A DNA stretch of 64,000 bases, taken from positions 6,344-70,343 of the forward strand of contig JAXGXM010000008.1 of assembly GCA_040772785.1 (NCBI GenBank), written 5' to 3'. Origin of the DNA: Anaerolineaceae bacterium (lineage in GTDB: Bacteria > Chloroflexota > Anaerolineae > Anaerolineales > Anaerolineaceae). Under the pieces are notes generated by a model. That model was not told where the DNA came from and did not search any database. It saw only the letters and a list, made by a program, of their open reading frames with translations. The position numbers and the translations under genes were made by a program. Shown in pieces: positions 1 through 7,847 of the stretch. Numbering within the stretch: position 1 is the stretch's first letter; each line of letters begins with the position of its first letter.

Positions 1-1096
1 CGCTCACAACGAGGTCGCCGGTCGCCCAGAAATCCTGTTCCTGCTCTCCCTCTTTCAGTTCAGAGAAGCTGGCGAAAAGCTGATCGGAGGAGAGCTGGCG
101 AATCTCTTTCATCGCGCTCGCCGGGCTTACATCCGGTGGGAGTTCCATTGACCATTGCAGATATTGGGGGCGCACAGATAATCCTGTCAGGCGCCAACCC
201 CGGCTGATATGAATCCATGGCAAACTGATCGATATCCGTTCAGCCAGCTGACGGGTAAGAAAGTGCTGCGGGTTGGCGGGAACGAGCACACAGCTGTATA
301 TCAGACTATCAGAATTATCCTGCGCCACCGCAGGGTCAACGGGCTGCTCTACCCCGGGTTCGGGGGTATCACGGGATCCATCTGAAGGCGTAATGCTCAC
401 AGGAGGATTGTTATGTACTTCTGAATCGATGCCGGCTTGCTGCATCTGAATTGAAATACTCTCCTCTGACCGGGGTTCGATCTCATTTTCTTCGTTGTCG
501 GGTGATGCAGGCGGGTTTGTTTCATCATCAGCTGTTTCGGGTGTGCCATCGACTTCGTTGTCAAGGTCCTTCACTTCGGTCGAGAGGATTTCTTCCTGTT
601 CAATTGTGACCTCTTCTACGTCTTCGGGAATCGGGTCTTCCGGGATCCAGCCTTTTAGATAACTGAGGTCATCTTCTTCGACCGTCTCGACCGCGGGTTT
701 AAGCGATTCACCTTGTGCAATTTCCGGACGCCTGTTGACAGCGATCAGCTCATTTAACGCGGTGTACAGTTTTTCATCATCGAAGGGTTGACTGACCGTT
801 GAAATTTCTATAGCGCTGCTAAGGTCATCTTCGATCTCGCAGCCCGGTCTTTGGAGGAGGAGAAGTTTAGCACCAGTTTGTCTTCCTGCCATGCGTTGTA
901 TCAGCGCGGTGAGCGGAGGTTCAATTCCGTCGCAATCGAGGATTACCGCGTCATAATCATTTTCTGTGAAATGTTGTGAGAAAATTTCAAACGAGTTGAA
1001 CGCATGCAGGTTTTCGAGCCCGCCGTGCTGCGCCCAGGCATTTATCTGATCCAGTACAGAGTGATCGGGTGAGTAGGCGAGGACTGAGCTTGACAT
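1..1096 (-). CDS. Partial CDS (C-terminus outside window): pseudo-receiver domain, acidic linker, then degenerate IS200/IS605 TnpA-like (Y1 HUH) domain
   Basis: My own translation of the minus strand, from the ATG at complement 1094-1096 to nt 1, is open throughout. It is absent from the ORF track because there is no in-window stop. The N-terminus resembles CheY (VLAYSPDHS, AVILDCDG, LLLLQR, SQPFDDEKL) but lacks the DD pocket and the conserved K. A D/E/P-rich linker follows. The last ~100 aa (nt 1-304) align to the IS200 TnpA core: YSCVLVPANPQ vs YHIVFAPKYRR, RPQYLQWSMELPPDVSPASAMKEIRQLSS vs ADHIHMLLEIPPKMSVSSFMGYLKGKSS, and DFWATG vs EFWCRG. Confidence 0.55.
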   Translation of the reverse strand, partial: MSSSVLAYSPDHSVLDQINAWAQHGGLENLHAFNSFEIFSQHFTENDYDAVILDCDGIEPPLTALIQRMAGRQTGAKLLLLQRPGCEIEDDLSSAIEISTVSQPFDDEKLYTALNELIAVNRRPEIAQGESLKPAVETVEEDDLSYLKGWIPEDPIPEDVEEVTIEQEEILSTEVKDLDNEVDGTPETADDETNPPASPDNEENEIEPRSEESISIQMQQAGIDSEVHNNPPVSITPSDGSRDTPEPGVEQPVDPAVAQDNSDSLIYSCVLVPANPQHFLTRQLAERISISLPWIHISRGWRLTGLSVRPQYLQWSMELPPDVSPASAMKEIRQLSSDQLFASFSELKEGEQEQDFWATGDLVVS

Positions 1097-1240
1097 GAGA
1101 AAAGTGTATCACGTGCCCAATTGCTGCGCAAGTTGTCCGGTCAGGGGCAGCTCACAGCCGGTTTTGTTGGATTCAAAAATACCTCTTAATAATTTGACTG
1201 ATAATTCTTTAATCGATTTTCCTAACGGTCAGGCAATTGG

Positions 1241-1966
1241 TCAGCGAACCCTGGCTCCCAGCACTGCCTTCAATTGCTTTTCCACACCGTAGGCGTTTGA
1301 AACCGTGAACTTCATCTTCTGGGTGGTGGTTCTGATCTCGATGCTGTCAGGTGAATTTTCTTCAAAATCACCGTGGAAAACTATTACTTTGACGATTTCA
1401 TCATGGCTGATGGCAAAGTTTTGCGGGTTCTCCACAAGGATCAGCTCGGGAGAGGCTCCCATGTATTTTTCACCGCTGCGCGTTGCCATTTGCGCGCCGA
1501 TCTGCCCAAGGAGGTTCCTGCCTTCCTGTTTTGCCTTTTCGCGCGCTTTCTTTACGTCATCTGCCTGGTCTTGTTTGGTTTGCAGCGCGAAAACCAGGCG
1601 TTTATCGGTGATTACCATATGATAAAGCTCTGAAGAGAAAACGCCGGTTTTTCGCGTTACCATCCCCACCACGCTAATGACGTGATCAGACTGGGAAATA
1701 ATGGGAGGAGGAACCGGTGTGTTTCCTGGAGTACTTTCGCCCGTTTCACTGAAAATGGGGTTGGGAATGCCAGTACCGGTGGGAATTGGAGGGGGTGCGG
1801 AGGGAACAGCCTGTTTAAAGGGAGGAACGACCGGGATCGGAGGGGGCTGCTGCAGAGGGGGAGGGGTGGGTAAGTTCAATTCAACGGATTTTCCACAATG
1901 TGGACAGGTGTTTGTGCCCGACGATAGTACTCCTCCACAAGTAGGACAGGTGATGGATTGAGTCAT
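1241..1966 (-). CDS. Zinc-ribbon protein with proline-rich linker and C-terminal PH/GRAM-like domain (function unknown)
   Basis: The N-terminus has CPTCGG-x11-CPHCG (a 4-Cys ribbon), followed by a ~70 aa P-rich tract. The C-terminal ~140 aa is a beta-rich domain (VVGMVTRKTGVF..YHMVITDKRLVFAL). Confidence 0.5.
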   Translation of the reverse strand: MTQSITCPTCGGVLSSGTNTCPHCGKSVELNLPTPPPLQQPPPIPVVPPFKQAVPSAPPPIPTGTGIPNPIFSETGESTPGNTPVPPPIISQSDHVISVVGMVTRKTGVFSSELYHMVITDKRLVFALQTKQDQADDVKKAREKAKQEGRNLLGQIGAQMATRSGEKYMGASPELILVENPQNFAISHDEIVKVIVFHGDFEENSPDSIEIRTTTQKMKFTVSNAYGVEKQLKAVLGARVR

Positions 1967-2159
1967 TCTTCGATTCCTCCTCGAGTTTAATTCATTTAAT
2001 TAAGATGATTGCGGTCTCTGCAAGCAACCCTGCGGGATTTATATGGTGTGCATTTCGCCATCCGTGGTCGATAGCAGGAGGGATCTGCTGTGAACAGGTG
2101 ACGAACCGCAGGTCAATTACCGATAGGTATTTTCTCAAAATTCCTGTAATTAATCAAAT

Positions 2160-2185
2160 AAGTGAAGGTGATTTCACCTTCACTT
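2160..2185 (-). terminator. Candidate rho-independent terminator after the lipoprotein gene
   Basis: A perfect 12-bp inverted repeat AAGTGAAGGTGA-TT-TCACCTTCACTT lies just downstream of the stop at 2211. An A/T-rich tract follows on the minus strand. Confidence 0.4.
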
Positions 2186-2210
2186 ATTTCACAGATGTCA
2201 AAAAGATTCC

Positions 2211-2588
2211 TTACTCAAAACTTATCCCGTTGATGATCCAAGCGTCGTTGATCTTTTCAAAGTAAAGGGAGACTTCGTATGTCACACCATCCAGTTCAGC
2301 AGAACCCAGAAGTTCGCCCGTGTTGTTTTCGAACGAGCTGCTATCGAATTTCCAGGATTCAAAATTCCTTATCGAAGCCCATTCCGCCCAGCCCGCTTCG
2401 CCCCCCACCTCGGCTTGGATATCCGGGTGCAACATCTGGTACGAGGTGGCATGGTCACCTGTGTTCAGCGCAGACATAAAGGCGTCCCCTGTGTCGGAAA
2501 GCGAGCTCAATTCACCACACGCGGTGAGCGAAAATAGTAATACCAGACCTACCAACAATCCCATTACCCAGCGTTTTTTCATCCTCAT
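2211..2588 (-). CDS. Small lipoprotein, NTF2/DUF4878-like
   Basis: Signal peptide with lipobox (LFSLTAC), 125 aa, no other motif recognised. Confidence 0.55.
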   Translation of the reverse strand: MRMKKRWVMGLLVGLVLLFSLTACGELSSLSDTGDAFMSALNTGDHATSYQMLHPDIQAEVGGEAGWAEWASIRNFESWKFDSSSFENNTGELLGSAELDGVTYEVSLYFEKINDAWIINGISFE

Positions 2589-2653
2589 CTCCTCATTCTA
2601 AATATAAGTAAATTCAATTATACGAAAAAAGAGTGTTTTTGTTACCACGAACC

Positions 2654-3103
2654 TTAGAGGTCGATAACCTGCTGCCCGGGTAATTTTTTGGTTTCTTCCC
2701 AGATCTGAAATTTTTCCAGGTCGCCGCGGATCTGTCGTAGAACGAAAACCAGCACAGCCGCATCGTCAATAAGCCCGGCAACCGGGATCCAATCCAGCAC
2801 AAGGTCGATCGGAGACACAAAATAGAGCACAGCACCGGTAACCATTGCGATCGAAGCCCATGGAATAATTGTGTATTCTTTGTTGATGTAGGCTTTCAGC
2901 ATACGGATAAACGCTTTAAGCTGAGACCAGAAATCTTTGCTGATCTTGGAGCCCGGTTCGCGTTCGTTTGCCTTTTTTACTGCCTCTTCAACGAGAATAC
3001 GGGATTTTTCGGGGTCGTGAAGGTACTCTTCAGCCCTGGTTTTACTGCGGTTGACTGCCTCGTTTATCTTCTTTTCAGAAGGCGTAAATAGATTCTCGCT
3101 CAT
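2654..3103 (-). CDS. DUF1232 (YkvA-like) membrane protein
   Basis: Characteristic segment YFVSPIDLVLDWIPVAGLIDDAAVLVFVL. Its start overlaps the stop of the upstream 2H gene by 4 nt. Confidence 0.7.
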   Translation of the reverse strand: MSENLFTPSEKKINEAVNRSKTRAEEYLHDPEKSRILVEEAVKKANEREPGSKISKDFWSQLKAFIRMLKAYINKEYTIIPWASIAMVTGAVLYFVSPIDLVLDWIPVAGLIDDAAVLVFVLRQIRGDLEKFQIWEETKKLPGQQVIDL

Positions 3104-3669
3104 TTTTTCTCTTTCTTTAGGTCATAATTCCCAAGGTATTCGATCGGTCGAAAGCCGACCACGCTGAGTTGCGTGAACTCACCATCAATGGGGATGAAGT
3201 TTTCTTTAAATATCCCCACCGAGCGGCACAATTCCTCCCGGGCGAGGTTGAATTCGAGCGTCAGGTGCGGCACCCATTTACCGGGGGAGTAGTATGGTGA
3301 GGATTCCAGACCGCTGCGTTTTAAACTTTCGTGAAGCCGTGCGTGCACTTCAAGCAATTTGGGGCTGGGAACGGGGTAGAGGAACAGCACATTATCAGAG
3401 GTGGGGAACGTGCCGACTGCTCCCAGGCGGAATTCAAAAGCGGTAAGTGTAGGCGCGAATTCTTCTGTTAACTTTTGTAATTTTTGACCATCCACTTTTG
3501 GAAAAACAGCCAGGCTGATGTGGGGTTTGTCGTTCATCAATCCCTGTACCGGCTGCACACCTTCCCGGTAGATGATGTCTCTGAAGGCCAGTACTTTTTT
3601 TTCAGCTTCCGCGTCGAGGAAAAGCTCAATGGCAAATCCCTCGGTGATGCTCTTGTGGTTATTGTTCAA
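3100..3669 (-). CDS. 2H phosphoesterase superfamily protein (LigT / 2'-5' RNA ligase / cyclic phosphodiesterase-like)
   Basis: Two H-x-[ST]-x motifs at the expected spacing: KPHISLAV and VPHLTLEF. Length is 189 aa. Confidence 0.7.
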   Translation of the reverse strand: MNNNHKSITEGFAIELFLDAEAEKKVLAFRDIIYREGVQPVQGLMNDKPHISLAVFPKVDGQKLQKLTEEFAPTLTAFEFRLGAVGTFPTSDNVLFLYPVPSPKLLEVHARLHESLKRSGLESSPYYSPGKWVPHLTLEFNLAREELCRSVGIFKENFIPIDGEFTQLSVVGFRPIEYLGNYDLKKEKK

Positions 3670-3784
3670 TCATTCCTCTTTTTCTCTTTTGTCAATAAAT
3701 ATATTTTACCATCCACTGGATGAACAAAAATGGCCCCGGACGCGATTCCAGGACCATCATTGACATACAATCAGTTACCTGTCT

Positions 3785-5113
3785 CTACTTTCGCGTTTGA
3801 ACCTTCTCCATGTATTCTTTGATGGTTGGCATTCCTGCCAATCTCTCATAGAAGAAATTGTTGACGATATTGATCACCATTGCACGGGCTGCTTCTGCTT
3901 CAGCGGTGAACTGGTTGCGGGCTTCCGGCTGGGCGAGCGCGGTGCGTAAATTCAGCAGGTGTTTCACAATTTCGGTTTCTGCATCACCCTCAAGCGCGCG
4001 TATCACTTCCAGGATAAGATTATCTGTTGAAGCCACCATTTGCTCGTTTGTGATGGAGGATCCCGGGATATACGCATCATCGATTGTGCGGATTAGCGAC
4101 CAGATCTGGTAAAGGATGGTTGCCGGTTCATCGAACAGCTCGCGCAGGAACGCCGCCTCTTCGTATTTTCCGGTAAGGCGGAAGATGTTATACATGCGTT
4201 TGGCTACTTTGCCGTAGTTGACATCCTTGGTAAGGTACTTTAATACTTCGCGTTCGAGCGCACTGACGTAATCATCCAATGCATCAGAGGATACGTGCTG
4301 AGACAGCTTAGAGAAAATGGGAACTGATGAAATTTCCAGGTAGACCTCCTGGAAATAGGGATCAAGGAACCCATCCAGTGGTGTGATCTCACCGTCAGGA
4401 GCTTCCCACGTGGCGTCCAGCATGTTGCTGGCATTGGCGAGCTGTTTACGGACCGGATCCGCCACAACCCAATCGAGCTTGCACCAACCGGGATTGTACT
4501 TAACTTCATCCCAACTGACTTCGATCTTTTCACCTTCTTTAGTGAATCCATCGATCTTGCCTGCTTGTATTTCAGCAGGGTGCCAGGAGACGGGAGACCC
4601 GGCGCGAACCTCGCGATCACCGATCACGATGTCCCTGGGATGTTCTCCAAATTTCACTTCGATCAGCTGATAGTTTGGACCCTGTACGTATTTGAGGGCT
4701 TTTTCCCGCATAATGCTCCCCAGAATTTCGCAGGCTTCCTCTCTTGAAGGCGCGATAATATTGATACGTTCAAAGTAATCACAGTCACCGGGATAGGACT
4801 GTATCTTCGATTGGGCGGAGGAACCGGAAAGCGCCAGAGCGGTTTCAACTTTTCCCGGAACATCCTCAAATTCCACTATCTTACCGATGCGCTTGAAATA
4901 ATCCAGGTCTTTGTCGCTGAAGTCCAGCATGGTGATGTTGTGCCCGAACACACCAGAGCGGGTGTCCATGGAGATCTGGCTGCTACCCTTGTAAGCTGCC
5001 ATACTGGTGAGCCATTGCAGAGCCTCTTCTTCACCAACCTCGATACCAAGTCGTTTGGCTGACTCCATGATCCGGTTTAGATCCTCTTGCTTTGCTTCAC
5101 CCGTTTGTGTCAT
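3785..5113 (-). CDS. Hypothetical protein with Pol-beta-type nucleotidyltransferase-like motif and helical C-terminal domain
   Basis: LSGSS-x10-GDCDYFERINII (aa 95-120, nt ~4778-4825) fits hG[GS]-x9-13-DhDh. A downstream beta-strand acidic residue (QLIEVKFG or KLDWVVADP) could be the third carboxylate. The C-terminal ~150 aa is helical. No family was recognised with certainty. Confidence 0.35.
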   Translation of the reverse strand: MTQTGEAKQEDLNRIMESAKRLGIEVGEEEALQWLTSMAAYKGSSQISMDTRSGVFGHNITMLDFSDKDLDYFKRIGKIVEFEDVPGKVETALALSGSSAQSKIQSYPGDCDYFERINIIAPSREEACEILGSIMREKALKYVQGPNYQLIEVKFGEHPRDIVIGDREVRAGSPVSWHPAEIQAGKIDGFTKEGEKIEVSWDEVKYNPGWCKLDWVVADPVRKQLANASNMLDATWEAPDGEITPLDGFLDPYFQEVYLEISSVPIFSKLSQHVSSDALDDYVSALEREVLKYLTKDVNYGKVAKRMYNIFRLTGKYEEAAFLRELFDEPATILYQIWSLIRTIDDAYIPGSSITNEQMVASTDNLILEVIRALEGDAETEIVKHLLNLRTALAQPEARNQFTAEAEAARAMVINIVNNFFYERLAGMPTIKEYMEKVQTRK

Positions 5114-5162
5114 GATTCCTCCTTATTTATGATAAAAAAGGTCTACATTACAAATCAGTATA

Positions 5163-5190
5163 ACAAAAAATGACCCGAAAAGGTCATTTA
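5163..5190 (-). terminator. Weak candidate terminator overlapping the exonuclease stop codon
   Basis: On the minus strand the sequence reads ATGACC-TTTTCG-GGTCAT followed by TTTTTTGTTA. The stem is only 6 bp. Confidence 0.35.
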
Positions 5191-5745
5191 TTTTTGTGAT
5201 TTGTATTTCGGGTTTAGGTCGAGAATCCGGCGAAAGATTTCAGCCTGGTCCTGGGCGTCGCGCAGCGCGTTGTGGGTGAGCCGCCTGTTGTCAAGAAAAC
5301 GCTTTGAGACGAATTTCATGGAGGTGTCAGACCACTCAACGCCCTGCTGTCCCATAAAGTATGCCTTGATGTCCAGCGCGCTATGCCCGAACGGGTTCTC
5401 TCCCAGGTACCGGTGGAAGTAGTCGTTGATGAACATCCAGTCAAATGGTGCGTTAAACGCAACGAAAACCGGTCTCGCGCCCTCCGGTACAACCGCGCGG
5501 ATCCAATCGACGAAGGCGACCAGCGCTGCTTCTGGTTCCAGCCCATTCTTGCGCAGGTCGTCCATATTCAATCCGGTGATTGATAACGCCTCATCCTGCG
5601 ACTCATCACGGTCTGGTTTGAGTTCTACATAAAATGTGTTGGTAGGGTCCATGACCAGGCAAGCTCCGATCGTGAGCATGGCATATTTATCCGGGATCGG
5701 ACCAGCGGTTTCAACATCAACGGAGATGAAAATTTCTTCGGTCAT
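5188..5745 (-). CDS. DEDDh 3'-5' exonuclease (DnaQ/RNase T-like)
   Basis: Exo I is ISVDVETAG, Exo II is AFNAPFDWMF, and Exo III is HNALRDAQ (H-x4-D). Confidence 0.75.
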   Translation of the reverse strand: MTEEIFISVDVETAGPIPDKYAMLTIGACLVMDPTNTFYVELKPDRDESQDEALSITGLNMDDLRKNGLEPEAALVAFVDWIRAVVPEGARPVFVAFNAPFDWMFINDYFHRYLGENPFGHSALDIKAYFMGQQGVEWSDTSMKFVSKRFLDNRRLTHNALRDAQDQAEIFRRILDLNPKYKSQK

Positions 5746-5775
5746 ACACGCATCAGTTCCAAATTTGGGATGTGA

Positions 5776-6297
5776 TCAATCATCAAGGGGATCTTTGAAA
5801 ATTTTAATCCGGTATTTATCAGTTTCAGTCACCGTCTCCTGTTCAGAGGCAACCCGGTAGAATTTTCCCAATCCTGCCCAACTGCAAAATTCCTGCACGA
5901 AACCCGCCAGGTAGTCGCTTTGGAGAGACGCGCTTCCCGGTTGGGGATTGACCTCAATGATCCAGTGACTTTTCAGATTTTCCAGCTGGATGGGGATGCT
6001 TTTCTCCATGCTTATTTTTTCGCAGATTGAATTGAGCCCAAGCGCGATTTTCTTTTTTACCGGCGAGAAGCGAAAAGCGGGCTCATCCCAACCCAGCATC
6101 TCGCGATGCTTTTCATGCCAGTGGTAAAACCCCGCTCTCCCCGCGCGATGGAGTGTGCCGCGAACCAGCAGATCTACCGGCTTTTCAGCCAGGCTTACCT
6201 TAAACTCGGTCGCCTTTTCTTCACCCAGGATGTCCACCAGGCTGAGGGTTTCGTAATCGGAATTTAAATTGCTTTGGAGTATTCCGTTCATCAACAA
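5776..6297 (-). CDS. Hypothetical protein (173 aa) co-oriented with the small GTPase
   Basis: Only a 9-nt gap separates it from the upstream GTPase gene. No confident motif was found; a V4R-like fold is only a guess. Confidence 0.4.
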   Translation of the reverse strand: MLMNGILQSNLNSDYETLSLVDILGEEKATEFKVSLAEKPVDLLVRGTLHRAGRAGFYHWHEKHREMLGWDEPAFRFSPVKKKIALGLNSICEKISMEKSIPIQLENLKSHWIIEVNPQPGSASLQSDYLAGFVQEFCSWAGLGKFYRVASEQETVTETDKYRIKIFKDPLDD

Positions 6298-6306
6298 TGC
6301 CCGGGT

Positions 6307-6867
6307 TTACGGCTGCCCCTGTTCAGATTCTTTGCGGTCCATTTCTTCGAGGATGCTGTAAAGCAGCTCAAGCAACACATTTTTTACTGAGCTTTTCTTT
6401 GTCGCCTCGCAAGTGAGAATCTTAACGGAAGGATCGAGCCTTAATGCCAGGCGCATATCCTCCACGTCCCAGGCGTCGTAAAGGTCCTGTTTATTGGCTG
6501 CTACCAGGTAGGGCGTGGGCGCGTAGGCGTGGAAGGTTTCAAGAATGCTGCGGGCTTCGCGGAACGTCTCTGGTCGGGTGCTATCCACCATAACAATAAA
6601 GCCCAGCATACCTTCCGAGAGGATCTCCCACATGAAGTCGAATCGTTTCTGCCCGGGTGTGCCAAAAAGAAATAACACAAGATCGTTGTCAACAGTGATC
6701 CTGCCAAAATCCATGGCCACCGTGGTGGTTTCTTTCACCTTTTCCGGCGCATAAGTGATCTTGCGCTCAGTGGATACAACGTCAATTTCACTGACTGATC
6801 GAATGAATTCCGTTTTCCCCGCATTGAAAGGCCCTGTTATTACAATTTTTACCGTCTGGGTCTGCAT
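6307..6867 (-). CDS. Ras-like small GTPase (MglA/CvnD-type ATP/GTP-binding protein)
   Basis: P-loop GPFNAGKT, switch II FGTPGQ, and NKQD specificity motif. Length is 186 aa. Confidence 0.75.
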   Translation of the reverse strand: MQTQTVKIVITGPFNAGKTEFIRSVSEIDVVSTERKITYAPEKVKETTTVAMDFGRITVDNDLVLFLFGTPGQKRFDFMWEILSEGMLGFIVMVDSTRPETFREARSILETFHAYAPTPYLVAANKQDLYDAWDVEDMRLALRLDPSVKILTCEATKKSSVKNVLLELLYSILEEMDRKESEQGQP

Positions 6868-6887
6868 AAATGATTCCTTTGATGATT

Positions 6888-7703
6888 TCAGATCGAGCGA
6901 ATGCGGTCGATCAGGCGTTTGATCAAGGGGCGATTCTCTTTGGGTTTATTGACCGGCAGTGATTGCCCGGGCAGCGCGACAGGCAGACCGTCCGGACGAA
7001 TGATCTCCACTAAACCAGCCTGCAGAAGCGTGTAGACCACGCGCCGGATTTCAATCTCATCGAGTTTCGTGGTCGCGGCGATCTGCCCGATGGTGTTCTT
7101 GGGGTTCACGTACGAGATGACGCGCCACTCAGTTGAGTTGAGGTTGATCTTGCGGATATCCGTACCGGGGCGTTCAGTGAATTTTAGCGCCATTTCAAGG
7201 CTGGGGATTTCCGCTTTTAGCTCCTCGATCTCCTGCAATTCCCGCGCGCCTTCAACGATCAGGTTGGATAGGTCAAGCCTGACCGGGATGCGATCTTCCG
7301 GAGAAATTTCGCCTGTTTCGAAACGGAAGAAACCATCGTCCCAGGTAAAGACGGGGCGCAAGTGGTCCGCGTATTCTTTTTCCAGTACCTCAAGCACCTG
7401 ATCAAGCGTTGCATAGCCGGCGTTCACCAGGTAGATGCCGATTTCCCGCTCGCTCTGATCTGCCAGCCGTTCCCGCAGCAGCCGGTGTTGTGATGCGGTG
7501 ATGAGCTGGTGATCGGTGAGGATCTTCAGCAGCGAGGGTTTTTCCTCGCTGGATTCAAAGTAGGTGAGTTTGCCGTTCTGAAACACTGCTCTGGCATAGA
7601 GACCGGGTTTCTCCACGTAAAGCGCGCCGGACTTATTCGCCAGGTTTATCAGGTTGAGCAATTGGGTGAATGTAAAATCCTTAAGATTACCTTTTAATGT
7701 CAT
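6888..7703 (-). CDS. DUF4388 (PATAN-like) domain protein
   Basis: The N-terminal GNLKDFTFTQLLNLINLANKSGALYV is the typical DUF4388 opening. The gene lies upstream of the small GTPase, as in known DUF4388-GTPase pairs. Confidence 0.65.
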   Translation of the reverse strand: MTLKGNLKDFTFTQLLNLINLANKSGALYVEKPGLYARAVFQNGKLTYFESSEEKPSLLKILTDHQLITASQHRLLRERLADQSEREIGIYLVNAGYATLDQVLEVLEKEYADHLRPVFTWDDGFFRFETGEISPEDRIPVRLDLSNLIVEGARELQEIEELKAEIPSLEMALKFTERPGTDIRKINLNSTEWRVISYVNPKNTIGQIAATTKLDEIEIRRVVYTLLQAGLVEIIRPDGLPVALPGQSLPVNKPKENRPLIKRLIDRIRSI

Positions 7704-7847
7704 CCGCCAACCCTTAGGGGATATCTTGCATTCATAAAATTATACATCAAGACAGCTTCACGTCAATTAATCATTTGGTTAAGCCGGGGGCGTTCGTTAA
7801 TCAAGTTTAGTATAATCTCTTTGGGAAAAACACACACAAGGAATACC

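Noticed and set aside
1-304. Active IS200/IS605 transposase or mobile element
   Set aside because: The HUH position reads Y-L-Q. The domain is fused in frame to a receiver-like domain and a long acidic linker. No subterminal IS hairpins were seen in the available flank, so it is treated as a domesticated domain, not a mobile element.
1701-1961. Gly-rich 86-aa plus-strand ORF (and the Ala/Gly-rich ORF at 48518-48757)
   Set aside because: These are mirror images of the Pro-rich linker of the zinc-ribbon protein and of the Ala/Pro linker of the biotin carrier on the opposite strand. They are not independent genes.
3785-5113. Calling the 442-aa protein a CBASS CD-NTase or an OAS homolog
   Set aside because: Only a short GS...DxD motif supports an NTase fold. 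No Cap2/Cap3 genes, recognised effector or cyclase-specific motifs are visible. It is kept as a hypothesis in findings rather than as an annotation.
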